From: Octopus vulgaris
Taxonomy: Eukaryota
NCBI GenBank assembly: GCA_951406725.2
Contig: OX597831.1
Location: 76,322,001 to 76,386,000 of the forward strand
DNA length: 64,000 bases
Reading direction: 5' to 3'
The notes under the pieces were generated by a model, which saw only the letters and a program-made list of their open reading frames with translations, was not told the origin of the DNA and did not search any database. The position numbers were made by a program, and so were the translations under genes. Positions 46,034-59,898 of the stretch are shown here, piece by piece. Each line of letters begins with the position of its first letter. The stretch's first letter is position 1.

Positions 46034-46684
46034 GTAACAGCAGCAGTAGTAACAATGACAGCAGCGACGCAGTGGTAGTTGCAGTAGTAGCAGCAATATT
46101 ATTAACATAAACTACAACGACAGCCACAGCAACAACAACAACGACAACAACAGCAACAACAGCAACGATCAGACGGAAAATGATAAAGAATGGCAAAAGA
46201 AAATGAACAGTGAAGGAAAATGGTTGATGAAGACAGAGGGAGTTAGTGGGAGGGAGAGGAGAGGTGGGAAGGAAATGGCGCAGACAGATGTGGAGGAAGG
46301 GAGTCGGAGGTCACGTGAACACTGACCGTGTCATGGCGCTTTACTTTACGACTGGACTTTTAATATGTAACCTTAAATGGCTACAGCACTTCTTTCTTTC
46401 CCTTCGCTTTTTCTCTTTTCGTCTTACTCACAGATTATATCAATCAATGGACTTAATTATTCAATCACTCAATCAACGAAACACGTAATCATTCACTCAC
46501 TCAATCACTCACTCAATCACTCAATCAATAAATTGGCCGGTCGACAGATTAGTCGCTCAGTCAAATATTTGATTAATCACACAATTACATAATCAATCAG
46601 TTACTAAACTAATTAGTCAACCGCTCAGTTAGCCACTTATTTTTTCCATCATTTACTCGAATCATCATTCAATCAACAAACGAG

Positions 46685-46737
<53 letters not shown>

Positions 46738-46753
46738 TGTATGTGTGTGCGTG

Positions 46754-46794
<41 letters not shown>

Positions 46795-46917
46795 ATGTAT
46801 ATATAGGCGCAGGCGTGGCTGTGTGGTAAGTAGCTTGCTTCCCAACCACATGGCTCCGAGTTCAGTTCCACTGCATGACACCTTGTAAGTGGATTAGGTA
46901 GACTGAAAGAAGCTTGT

Positions 46918-46959
<42 letters not shown>

Positions 46960-47262
46960 AATATATATACATACATATATACATCATATATATGATATAT
47001 ATATGATATATATATATATTCATATATATGATATATATATATATATATATATATTATAATGAGGGTACTACTATTAGTAGATACCAACACGCTAAGAGGG
47101 ACCAATGCGGTCAAAACTACTAAAAGTAAACAAAATATTACCGAATGCAAAACTTCAAAACACATCATTTTAAAAAAGAGGAAGAATTTACGGATTTTTT
47201 CTCTTACGAGGTTTTTCACGCTGACTACTGATAGTTTCTTTTAAAGATTTTATCCTCAATTG

Positions 47263-47305
<43 letters not shown>

Positions 47306-47553
47306 GTATATGTATGTATATGTTTGTGTGTCTGTATTTGTCCCCCCGCCCACCCCATCGCATGACAACCGATGTTGCTGTGTTTACGATTTCTTCGACC
47401 AAAGGCGGTGCTCCAGCATGGCAGCAGTCAAATGACTGAAACAAGTAAAAAAATAAAAGAATATATATATATATCAATGTCAATCTGTCTGTCTGTCTGT
47501 CTGTTTGTCTATCGATATATATATATATGTGTGTGCGTGTGTGTGTGTGTATG

Positions 47554-47598
<45 letters not shown>

Positions 47599-49508
47599 GT
47601 CTTTCTCTCTCTTTCTCTCTATCTATCTCTCTCTCTCTGTATTTATCTATCCCATCGTCTCTATTTCTACCTCTTTCTCTCCCTCTCTCTCTCTCTATCC
47701 CTATATGTCTGTCTCTCTCTATCTCTTTTCTTTCATTTTGTATGTATATCTATCTGTCTGCCTCTCTCTCTCTCTTTCTCTCTCACTGTCTGTCTGTTTG
47801 TCAGTCTGTCCGTCGCCCAAAATCATTTTAATTTCTGTTTTTCAAAGTCTGGTATTTATCTGTTACCTTATACCAAACCGGCAGATTGCAGACAGCCAAA
47901 ACAAACCAACACCGGTTGTGGAGCGGTGGTGGTGGTGAGGTGGGTGACAAACACAGGCATAAACACACACAATCACACAAACACACACTCACACAAACAC
48001 GGACAGGCACACAAACACGCACAAACACATACACACACATATATGACAGGCTTCAACTCAGTTTCCATCTACCAAATTCTCTCATAAGGCAATTGGTTGG
48101 TTGGGGGTTATGTTAACTCGGTGCCCCAGCTTGGCCGCAGTCCAATGACCGAAACGAGTAGAAAGATGACAAACTAAAAGATAATGAAGCGATAAATGGA
48201 CGCCATATTTTTTTGTGTGCTCATTACAGACTACATTTGTCTGTAATTAACAGGATTAAATTATACATATTTTTTCTTAACTGTCATGGCCTTTAGCTGT
48301 TATCATTAAATAAATTCAAAATGCGTGCAAAACGCATTGCGGAATGTCGAAATCGGAATAAGCTTCGTTAATTGAAGAAAATCAAAGAGAAATTTTAAAA
48401 AAGAAAATGTTTGTGGAAAAAGTTAAACGATTTCCACGCTGATGTATTAACAAAATAAAAACAGGTTAGAGTTTGCAGAAGATTAAATAAACTTTGTGTA
48501 CTGAAAGTGTACTTAGAAGTTAAAGAAAACATTTTATTCCGGTCTCTTATATAATCCATACGCGTGTTATATAGTTACGCGGTGTTATTACTTCTGGCTG
48601 GTGATATAAGTAAGATTTCGTAACCTGTAACGTGAATCTGCTAAATCGGTTAAATGCATGAGAGTAGAATTGCAATGCAATGAAGCCTATGCAATTAGGC
48701 GTAGGCGCAGGCTTGGCTGTGTGGTAAGAAGCTTGCTTCCTAACCACATGGCTCCGGGTTCAGTCCCACCACGCGGCACCAGGGGCAAGTGTCTTTAACT
48801 ATCACCAAAGTGTCTTTTACTACGACAAAAGCCTTGTGAGTGGAATTAGGAGATGGAAACTGAGAGAAGCTTATTTTATACATTGATATATATATTTATA
48901 TGTGTGTGTGTGTGTGTGAGCGTGAGTGTGTGTATGTATGCATTTATGTGTGTGTGTGTCTGTATTTGTCCCTCCACCATCGATCAACAACCCATGCTGG
49001 TGTGTTTACGTCCCCGTCAGCTAGAGGTTCGACGAAAAGAGACCGATAGAATAAGTACTAAGCTTACAAAGAATAAGTCCTGGGGTTGATTTCTTAAACT
49101 AAGAACTCTTTAAGGCGGTGCTCCAGCATGGCCGCAGTCAAATGACTGAAACAAGTTAAAGAATAAAAAGAAAATATATATATATATATATATAAAATTA
49201 TCTTTTACTTGTTTTAGTTATTGGACCGTGGCCATACTGGAGCACTGTCTTGAAGGGTTTTAGTTGAAGCCTATCGACCCCGGTACTTATGTTTTTTAAC
49301 CCTGGAGCTTATTCTATTGCAACCTTTTTGCTGTACCTCTAACTTACGAGGACATTAACAAACCAATACCGGTTGTAAAACAGTGGAGAGCGGAGAAACA
49401 CAAAAATACACGCACGCACACACACACACACATATACATACATACATACATATACATACATACATACATACATACATACATACATACATACATACATACA
49501 TACATACA

Positions 49509-49584
<76 letters not shown>

Positions 49585-49585
49585 T

Positions 49586-50460
49586 ACTAGCCTAAGGTGA
49601 CCTGCTCTACGCGCGGGTAAGAGTGTAGTTGTTACTTTCTGTTGCTTCCTTTCTGCTTTTTATCACCACGTTCTCCCTCTTTGTTTCTCTATCCTTTCTC
49701 TCTCACTTTCCCACTCTCTTACCCTTCCTTTCTCTCGGACTCTCCCTCGCTTTCTCTCTCTCTCTCTCCCATTTATAAACAACAAAAAATCTTGAGTAAG
49801 TTGCCATGCAAACTCGCCAGCACTTTTATCATAGGTGTGCATATTTTGAAAGATCAATCATAAATATCAGGCAGTGACAACGGAAAGGTCTGCTTCAAGG
49901 CAGACAACAAAACACTAACATTTAAAAGGGACAGACGAACTTGCGAGCTGAATAGAAATAAAAAAAAATATTGGAAACCAAAGTTTGAAGGGATAGAATC
50001 TGAGGATAGTAGAGTCACCATGGCTGGCATTTCTTAACGACGGACAGCAACGTAGTGGCAGTTTAACGGCTGGCGTAAAATTTTGAACTTGATGTAAAAG
50101 AAAATTCCTAAACACCAAGTTTTGAAGTGATTCTTTCTCACGACAGTAGACTCACCATGGCAAGCATTCAAAACTTCTTCATCATTGACGGCAACACATT
50201 GAAGATTTAAAGGCTAGCGCAAATTTTTTAGCTTGATGTAACAGAGAATTCCTAAATACCCGCTCCTGTAAATTTTAATCCCCTTCCAGCCCCATTTAGC
50301 CCCTTTTTCACATTTTGGTTAATATAGCCCGATTTCATTCGGGTCTACTCGGGCCACATTTTATAAGATGAGGTCACACCTTTCATTTGAGGAAAAAATA
50401 GTTACCATGCAAACTCGCCAGCACTTTTAACATAGGTGTGCATATTTTCAGCTCAACCGA
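49586..50460 (-). mobile_element. Helitron-like element with internal duplications
   Basis: Minus strand ends ACCCGCGCGTAGAGCAGGT..CTAG|TA; repeats ~49800-49850 / 50402-50448 and ~50010-50115 / 50148-50260. Confidence 0.45.
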
Positions 50461-50498
50461 CCACATAATGCACACACATATATATATATATATATTCG

Positions 50499-50532
<34 letters not shown>

Positions 50533-51034
50533 TATATACGCATTATATATACAAATATATACAAATTATATATATATATGCATTAAATATATATATGTAC
50601 ATATATACGCATTATATATACAAATGTATACAAATTATATATATACATAATTCATAAATGAGGGCAAAGGAAAAAAATTCTAATGCCAAATGTGCCGAAA
50701 AATTGGACATATTGTTCGAGTCAAATATTATTGTTCTCCATTTCTAATCATTTCTTTCAGAATGATAAACATTTTCCAGCAACGATGTAGAAGGTGCTAA
50801 ACATTTGAGGAATTAAGGATGTAACAGACAAGAACTCGATGAAGGGCGAAAGTTCATTTAAAGGACACAAAGTTTACTTCTTTCTCTTGTTTCTATTTCA
50901 CCTCATTTGAGATTGGAGCAAAATGATTCCATTAAACTCACGCACCTTTATAATTAGAATTCACAAATTCATCAATTTATTAACTCTTTTTAGCATAAAG
51001 TGAGGATCAAAGCGGAAATAAGATGTATAATATA

Positions 51035-51281
51035 CAGTTGTGGTACAAAAGTAGATGTACAGTATCGTATCAATGCTATAGTAATTAATTCATTAAAATT
51101 ATTAGAACATTAAATTAATTAGCCTCGTTTTTTAATATTTTCAGTGTCTTTAATCCTGACAATACATTTATCATAACTATAATAATACTTTTATCGTAAC
51201 TTTTAATTTTTTGATAAAAATATATTGAGAATTGTACGTGTTTTCGTTTATCATAACGGCGCACCTACTTTTGCACCAACC

Positions 51282-51283
<2 letters not shown>
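51035..51283. mobile_element. Tc1/mariner-type MITE
   Basis: CAGTTGTGGTACAAAAGTAG / CTACTTTTGCACCAACCTG, TA flanks. Confidence 0.7.
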
Positions 51284-51319
<36 letters not shown>

Positions 51320-51514
51320 TATCTACATGCAGATTTGCATATACATGTATACATACGCACATGCATATATGTATATATATCTGTCTATATGCATGTATGT
51401 ATGTATTTATATGTACACACACACACACACACACGTATATATATATATGATATATATGTGTATGTGTATATATATATATGTGTGTGTGAGTGTGTGAGTG
51501 TATGTGTGTGTATG

Positions 51515-51569
<55 letters not shown>

Positions 51570-51571
<2 letters not shown>

Positions 51572-51880
51572 AGGCGCAATGGCCCAGTGGTTAGGGCAGC
51601 GGACTCGCGGTCGTAGGATTGCAGTTTCGATTCCCAGACCGGGCGTTGTGAGTGTTTATTGAGCGAAAACACCTAAAGCTCCACGATGCTCGGGCAGGGG
51701 GGGGGTGGCGATCCCTGCTGTACTCTTTCTCCACAACTTTCTTTCACTCTTTCTTCTGTTGGTCTGCTCGCTTAGCCAGCGGGGTGGCGTCATTTGAAGG
51801 CTAAAACAATGTGATCGCATTGTGACCAGCGATGTGTAGCAACATCTGATAGCCTGGTCGGTCACGGTGATCACCGTGAT
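51570..51880 (+). mobile_element. tRNA-derived SINE family C (others: 22625-22930 -, 23585-24000 -, 24220-24525 +, 57854-58220 +)
   Basis: GGAGGCGCAATGGCCCAGTGGTTAGGGCAGCGGACTCGCGGTCG..TTCGATTCC head, with interchangeable 3' tails. Confidence 0.88.
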
Positions 51881-51896
51881 ATATATATATATATAT

Positions 51897-52414
51897 AATC
51901 CAATACAAGAAAATCAGTCTCTTCTACACTGGTTTGGCGGTTTTATACCAATATAGCAGAGAAAAAGTTTTCTACTATTCAAATGGGTATATATTCAATA
52001 TACAAAAATGAAAAGAAAATGGAGATTACTATTGACACACTCTAATTTATTAAAATAATATATTATTGATAAAATATAATATAATATAATATAATATAAT
52101 ATAATGTAAATATATACATTATAATCCTACAATTGTTTCAATTGAGACCCTATAATAAATTTATAAAAAATCATGCCTATGGGTAAGAATCTCACCAAGA
52201 AAATATTTGACTAAAATTACAAGTGACGATTTTTAGATCTTACAAAAGACTGATTTCAATCCATTCTAGAATCTAAAAATCTTCATACGTAATTTTTGTT
52301 AAATGTTTCCCTGATGAGGTTCTTACCCATAAGCGTGATTTTTTATAAATTTATTATAGGGTCTCAACCGAAACAATTGTGGGATTATATTATTTATATT
52401 TATATTATATCATC

Positions 52415-52474
<60 letters not shown>

Positions 52475-52560
52475 TAATAATAATAACAATAATAATAATA
52501 TGTCACTAAATTAAAATGTGCCAATCGTAAATCTCCCTTTTCTTTTCATTTTTGTGTATA
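51897..52560 (-). mobile_element. Older HHR fold-back element
   Basis: Diverged inverted arms ~52001-52238 / 52268-52558 with microsatellite expansions, ~100-nt tail, TA flanks. Confidence 0.72.
52308..52384 (+). ncRNA. Hammerhead motif with long stem II (triplet decayed to GUG; mirror arm keeps GUA)
   Basis: TCC CTGATGA GGTT..AACC GAAAC AATT GTG GGA; left arm reads GAAACAATTGTAGGA on minus. Confidence 0.7.
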
Positions 52561-52651
52561 TTTATATGTGAGTATATATAAATATATATCTATACATATA
52601 TGTGTGTATATATGTATATATGTGTGTGTATGTGTGTGTATATGTGCATGT

Positions 52652-52716
<65 letters not shown>

Positions 52717-53587
52717 GTAATAGTAAATAATATAGTCGAATATATAACCACATGTGAGTCGTTGGCGATTTTTTCCTCCATCAGGTTTGAGGGGGAGAGA
52801 GGCGAGGGGAGGAGGTTAGATGAAGAGAGGAGGAGAGTTGAGCCCATGTGGTGCAAACGAGCGAAGAGAGAAGATTAATCCCTGTCCACGGCACAAACAG
52901 GAGTCCGGATGGCTCCTGTGCAAGGAAATTCCGAACACGGACAGGTGTGGCAAAGTGACCGGTAGAGCGGAAATGGCGCGAGACCGAGGTATCCTTACCT
53001 AGTCGGATGTCTCAGAGGTGTATATATATATATATATATATGGGGGGGGGGGAGGGTACAGGACATCACCAACGGTGTAAATAACATGAAATACGTAAAC
53101 AAACGAGTTGAATACGTATACAACGAGAAAAAATGGAAAATAGGACCAGTAAACGCAGAGAAAGGACCCTTCATCAGTTGTTGGCTGTCTATTTACTTCT
53201 CTGTCTTGAATGTCGAAATGTATGTATGTATGTATGTATGTATGTATGTATGTATGTATGTGTGTATGTATGTATGTATGTATGTATGTATGTACGTAAG
53301 TAATGAAGCACATTTCCAGGTGCATATTACCAAGTTGGCAACAAAATGCAGTCGTTTGGCCGGATGAATCCTTCGAACGTTCAAAACGAGAGAAAAGGAA
53401 ACCGCGATGTTCCTCTGGAACACTTCTGTCCTCAACCGTAATGAGAACATTTACGTAATGTTTGCGGTTTTAGACATTAGAGTGGTACTTTATCAGGCTT
53501 GCATCAAAGTTGCGCTCTTACATTGTACGCTTCTCCGGAAGTACCCCACCTCTATACCCTACAAAGACCTAAGATATATATATACTT

Positions 53588-53706
<119 letters not shown>

Positions 53707-54038
53707 CCCATACATATATCACAAATGTATGTATGTATGTATGTATGCGTGTGTACATATGTATATGCATACATATAGTCGTTGATTATGGCCGGTTAGA
53801 AGCTGGCGAGCTGGCAGAAATGCTTAGCGGTATTTCGTCTGTCTTTACGTTCTGAGTTCAAATTCCGCCGAGGTCAACATTGCCTTTCATCCTTTCGGGG
53901 TCGATCTAATCGACTAACACCACCACCCAAAATTCTGAGCCTTGCCGAATAGCTAAGTTACAGGGACGTAAATACATCAGCATTGGTTGTCAAGCGATGT
54001 TCGACACACACACACTCACACGCACACACGCACACACG

Positions 54039-54091
<53 letters not shown>

Positions 54092-54648
54092 GTATATACG
54101 ACACGACAGGCTTCTTTCAGTTTCCGTCAGCCAAATCCACTTACAAGTCTTTGGTCGTCCCGCAGTTATAGTAAAAGACACTTGCCCAAGGTGCCACGCA
54201 GTAGGACTGAACCCGGAACCATATGGTTGGGAAGCAAGCTATTGTACTTACCACGCAGCCACTCCTGTGCCTGTATATTTATATATACAGATAGACAAAC
54301 AGACTGACATACCGACAGACAGACAGATGGATAATTAGGTAGATAGAGAAACTGATGGGTTTGGGTGACCTCCTGTGCGCATGTGCACGCGCGTGTTGCT
54401 TATTTTCTATTAATAAACGAGTATATGTCAATTTGAGTAAACATTAATCATAAATATAGGCATATACATACCTACGCACACGCATATACACCTATACATT
54501 CATATGTGTACATGCACGCACCTGTGTCTTTATATATATATATACACACACACACATATACGTGTAATTATATATTATACAAATATTGGTGCAAAATTCT
54601 CTCTCTCTCTCTCTCACTCTTTGTATGTATATATATGTGTGTGTGTGC

Positions 54649-54726
<78 letters not shown>

Positions 54727-54804
54727 TTACACACTCTAATAATACATGAGTGTATAAGTGTATATATATATATATATGTGTGTGTATACATATATATATA
54801 CACG

Positions 54805-54840
<36 letters not shown>

Positions 54841-54868
54841 CACACTCTCATAATATATGAGTGTATAG

Positions 54869-54932
<64 letters not shown>

Positions 54933-55164
54933 GAATGCCTGTAAGTACAAATACTGTAGGCAAATACATAAAAATCCATCGTGCATGCTAATTTGCAAAA
55001 ATATCTTCTAATTGTACTGATAATGCCGAATAATCGAAGGTTTTAGTATCTATTACATACGTGAGATGCTACCATATTTGCATTCTGCTTACAGAGCAGT
55101 CCCTTCAGTTCCACACCCTCTTTCTCTCACCTTCTCCCGCCCTCTCTATGAGTATATACATATA

Positions 55165-55224
<60 letters not shown>

Positions 55225-55234
55225 AGTATGGGCG

Positions 55235-55702
55235 TAGTATAATATTTATATTCATCTTGTTTTTTCTTCACCCTTCCCAAGTCATATGATGCTATAGAAA
55301 TTTTGGCGTAGGATTGGAATCCAGGTTGGGCTTTTTCGCTCGTCGAAATTCCTGACCCTGCACAATAATTATAGCGTACTACACCATTAAATTCAGCATC
55401 AACCCATCCCTTATTTCTGGTGTTCTACATTTTGAACCTTAATAAATTTATTCTCAGCAGGATTTCTTCAAAATTCGAACTTTCATTTTGTACTTGCTTA
55501 TTCGATCCTGACTTTTATTTTTAAAAATTCTTTCGAAACGCGGAGTAGATAAAATAGGGGACAACCGATGAAGAAAATGTTGCCTGTCTCGTTTCTCTAT
55601 TTGTTTGTTTCGTTGTTCGAAAAAAAATTGGTTTTCCATGTTTTTGTTTTTATGCTCTCGTTTCCCATTTTGTTGACGTATTTTTGACGTCCTGTACCCA
55701 TA
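55235..55702 (+). mobile_element. (TA)n-flanked repeat ending TGACGTCCTGTACCC; related 3' end inverted at 53054-53215
   Basis: Shared terminus and ACAA(C/CT)GATGAAG segment. Confidence 0.55.
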
Positions 55703-56140
55703 TATGCATGTATATATACATATATATGTAGGTATGTACATACATGTATGCATATATATAAATATATATATATTATTTATATTATTATATGATCGAACGC
55801 CACGCATCCATTTCCAGGTAAATTTTATCGCTCCCTCTCTCTCTCTCTCTCTCTACCATTTGCAGACGGGTAAAAATGGTAACAAAAACAGGACAGTAAC
55901 GACAGTACAAAATATAAGCAGTAAAAGACAGGACAAGGAGAATAACAAGACAAGAAGGGCTGGTAACGCCGAACGAAAAAAAGTATTACGAATGCTAATT
56001 TCTGTGAACGGCGAACGGAGCGAAGAGAATTGCCATTATATATATATATATATTTCCTGAGCGTCAATAATACTTTAATTGTTCCACGTCCTGCGTTGCT
56101 GTGTTTTTTTCTCTTTTTTTCTGTGTTTTCTTGTTTGGAT

Positions 56141-56178
<38 letters not shown>

Positions 56179-56214
56179 TGTATGTATGTATACATAAATG
56201 TGTGTGTGCACGTG

Positions 56215-56256
<42 letters not shown>

Positions 56257-56790
56257 TGTGTGCGTGTGTGTGTGTGTGTGTGTACAAATATATAATTTTT
56301 GATGAAGCTTACTGGCTTTTTGTGATATCAGTGCCTGATTAGACACAGAGATTCTATACAGCATTGACGGGAAGATTCGGCTGTTATCTCGCTGCTGGAC
56401 ATCTGTGACTGAGGAAGACATAGGAGGTTGAAATCAAGTGATATGGCAGCTCCGGTCACCGTAGCAGACGATTCTCGTGTGTCGCTGAGATCATTTGGAG
56501 TGTTTTTATGCACCACGAATCTTTATGGGAAATTCTCTCAAAGGAAGTCACGCATTATTCTGTGTTCTCACACAATTTCCGTGGTACAACGGAGTTCAAG
56601 CCTGCTTTTCGGTATTAATATAGCTTTTGTCATTATTAATTTTGTCATTATTAATTATGTCATTATTAATTATTGTCACTGTTCAAAGTTAGTGTGGTTC
56701 TCCATGATCTCCAGGCATTTCGTAATCCAGCTATGTGGTAGGCTATCAAAAGCCTTTTTCATGGTCTATCCAGGCTATTGACAAGTTTTT

Positions 56791-56854
<64 letters not shown>

Positions 56855-57747
56855 TGCTGCTGCTACTACTAAGGCGGCGATCAAGCAGAATCTTTAAGAC
56901 GCTGGACGAAATGCTTAGCGGTATTTTGTCTGCCGTTACGTTCTGAGTTCAAATTCCGCCGAGGTCGACTTTGCCTTTCATTCTTTCGGGGTCGATAAAT
57001 TAAGTACCAGTGACGCACTTGGGTCGATATAATCGACTTAATCCATTTGTCTGTCCTTGTTTGTCCCCTCTGTATGTAGCTCCTCGTGGGTAGTAAAGAA
57101 ATAGGTATTTCGTCTGCCGTTACGTTCTGAGTTCAAATGCCACCGGGACCGATTTTGCTTTTCATCTCTTCGCGGTCGATAAATAAAGTACCAGTTACGC
57201 ACTGGTGTCGATGTAATCGACTGGTCCCCTCCCCAAAATTCTAGACCTTGTACCTATAGTGGAAAGGATTATTGTTATCGTTAGTCAACTAATTAACCAA
57301 TTAGCCATTTAACTAACAGTTGTTTGATTAAGCGTTCAGTTAATCAGTTGGGTGCGGCAGTGTTCTTTCGTAACCTCGTCAGTGACATGATCTCTCTACT
57401 CCAGGAAGAGCCTGCGCGGCGGAAATTGTCATTTGGTCTGTGATGTCGTTCACCAAATAAGTACCTAAAACAATAAGTTTTCACACACGCGAAGTTCCTG
57501 AAATTTTCACCCAGGACTCTCCACAGCGAAAGATCTTATGACATCCGAATACATTTGAAAGTGTTAAACCCTACAAAAAAATTTTTTTTTTCTCTCTGAA
57601 TCTCCCCCCGCCCCGCCAAATTCTTTCTAATGTTTCTAAGATTTGATAAGATGGATAAATCGAAATCGGTCATATTTTATCAAATATTCTCTAAAATATT
57701 CTTCTGTGCCTTGATTTTTCCAACTTCATATTCATTTTTTAACTATA

Positions 57748-57805
<58 letters not shown>

Positions 57806-58462
57806 CACACATATGTATATATACATACATATATATTTACATATATACATATGTAGGAGCAATGGCCCGGTGGTTAGGGGGAGCGGACTCGCGGTCGTAG
57901 GATCGCAATTTCGATTCCCAAGCCCGGCGTTGTGAGTGTTTATTGAGCGAAAACAACTAAAAGCTCCACGATTCTCCGGCAGTGGGTTAGTGGCGAACCC
58001 TTCTGTATTTTTTTCACCACAACATTCACACTTTCTTCCTGTTTCTCTTGTACCTGTATTTCAAAGGGGCCAGCCTAGTCACACTTTGTGACATTGTGAA
58101 TCTCCCCGAGAACTACATTAAGGGTGCATGTGTCTGTGGAGTACTCGGCCACTTGAGCAGGCTGTTCCGTTGATCGGATTAACTGAAACCCTCGTCGTTG
58201 TAACCGACAGAGTGCCACGATATATATATATTAAGGTGGTGAGCTGGCAGAAACGTTAGCACGCCGGGCGAAATGCGTAGCCGTATTTCGTCTGTTGTTA
58301 ACTACCGAGTTCAAATTCCGCCGAGGTCGACTTTGCCTTTCATCCTTTCGGGGTCGAGAAATTAAGTACCAGTTACGCGCTGGGGTCAATATAATCGACT
58401 TAATCCCTTTGTCTGTCGTTGTTTGTCCCCACTGTGTTTAGCCCCTTGTGAGTAGTAAAGAA

Positions 58463-58528
<66 letters not shown>

Positions 58529-58656
58529 AGGTATGTATGTAGGTATGAATGCATGTGTATGTATGTATGTTATAGGTAGAGATGTGTCTATGAGTGTGCG
58601 TGTAGTGTGTAAATGCACATACACCACACACACACATGTGTAAAGATAGGTAGATA

Positions 58657-59065
58657 GGCGCAGGAGTGGCTGTGTGGTAAGTAGCTTGCTTACCAACCGC
58701 TTGGTTCCGGGTTCCGGGTTCAGTCCCACTGCGTGGCACCTTGGGCAAGTGTCTTCTACTATAGACTTGGGCCGACCAAAGCCTTGTGAGTGGATTTGGT
58801 AGACGGAAACTGAAAGAAGCCCGTGGTATATATGTATATATATATGTGTGTGCGTGTGTGTTTGTGTGTCTGTGTTTGTCCCCCCAACATCACTTGACAA
58901 CCGATGCTGGTGTGTTTACGTCCCCGTTACTTAGCGGTTCGGCAAAAGAGACCGATAGAATAAGTACTGGGCTTACAAAGAATAAGTCCCGGGGTAGAGT
59001 TCTTCGAATAAAGCCGGTGCTCCAGCATGGCCGCAGTCAAATGACTGAAACAAGTAAAAGAGAGT
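58657..59065 (+). mobile_element. tRNA-derived SINE family A, full copy (others: 25563-25976 -, 31605-32010 -, 48702-49170 +, 9950-10295 +, 41253-41547 -, 53940-54270 -, plus many fragments)
   Basis: Head GGCGCAGGAGTGGCTGTGTGGTAAG..GGTTCAGTCCC (A/B boxes), internal (TA)(TG), tail ..CAGTCAAATGACTGAAACAAGTAAAAGAG; more than 15 copies or fragments. Confidence 0.9.
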
Positions 59066-59854
59066 AGGCAGATAGATAAGTATAAATATATACATATGCA
59101 TCTGTTCGTGTATGCGTGTGTGTATGAGTCTATGTGTGTGTATGTGTGTGGCTAAGTGGATTTCTAGCATCAGACCTACTGGGTCGGGAGAGTACAAAAC
59201 CATAAAATACCGACCCGCCCCACCACCGCTTCAATCCCTTCAGTAACCTCATTCCTACTTATTATTTCACTACCCTTCCCCGTCTCCATACCCGGAAGGA
59301 TAAAAGGCGACGTAAGGCTCCCCTGGGATTTGAACGCAGACCCTAAAATGACGCAACTAAACTTCACAACGACTTCACTACACATAATGACTTAATGAGC
59401 ACTTTATACTGTACGACCTTTATATTGTTGTTGTTGTTGTTGTTATTTTTGAAGGCGCGTGGCTTAGTGGAGAAAGGTATTCGACTCGCGATCGTAAGGT
59501 CCTGAGTTCGATCCCCGTGGGCGCGTTGTGTCCTTGAGCAAGACTCTTCATTTTTATGTTATTCTAGTTCGTTTAGCCGGCAAAAATGAGTTGTACCTGT
59601 AATTCAAGTGGGTCAGCTTTGTCAGGCCGAACGTCCCCGAAGGGTACTATGTCTGCGGAGTACTCAGGCACTTGTGCGGTCTATTGTCGTTGAGCCCCCG
59701 GTCACCTCTGAGCCTGTTGGAAAACTCATCTCATCAACCTTTCTTTTTCAGCCATAGTGTATCTTGGACTACACTGTTCAGTGTGTCCTTTCGTTTTTCA
59801 GGTGATGGAAGTGGTTTGATGGAGACTGGGTGTGCTTGTTTGTGTGTATGGGTA

Positions 59855-59898
<44 letters not shown>

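Noticed and set aside
53160-53200. Hammerhead at CTGATGAAGGG (minus), and at ~55534-55575
   Set aside because: No properly placed stem II-GAAA or stem I.
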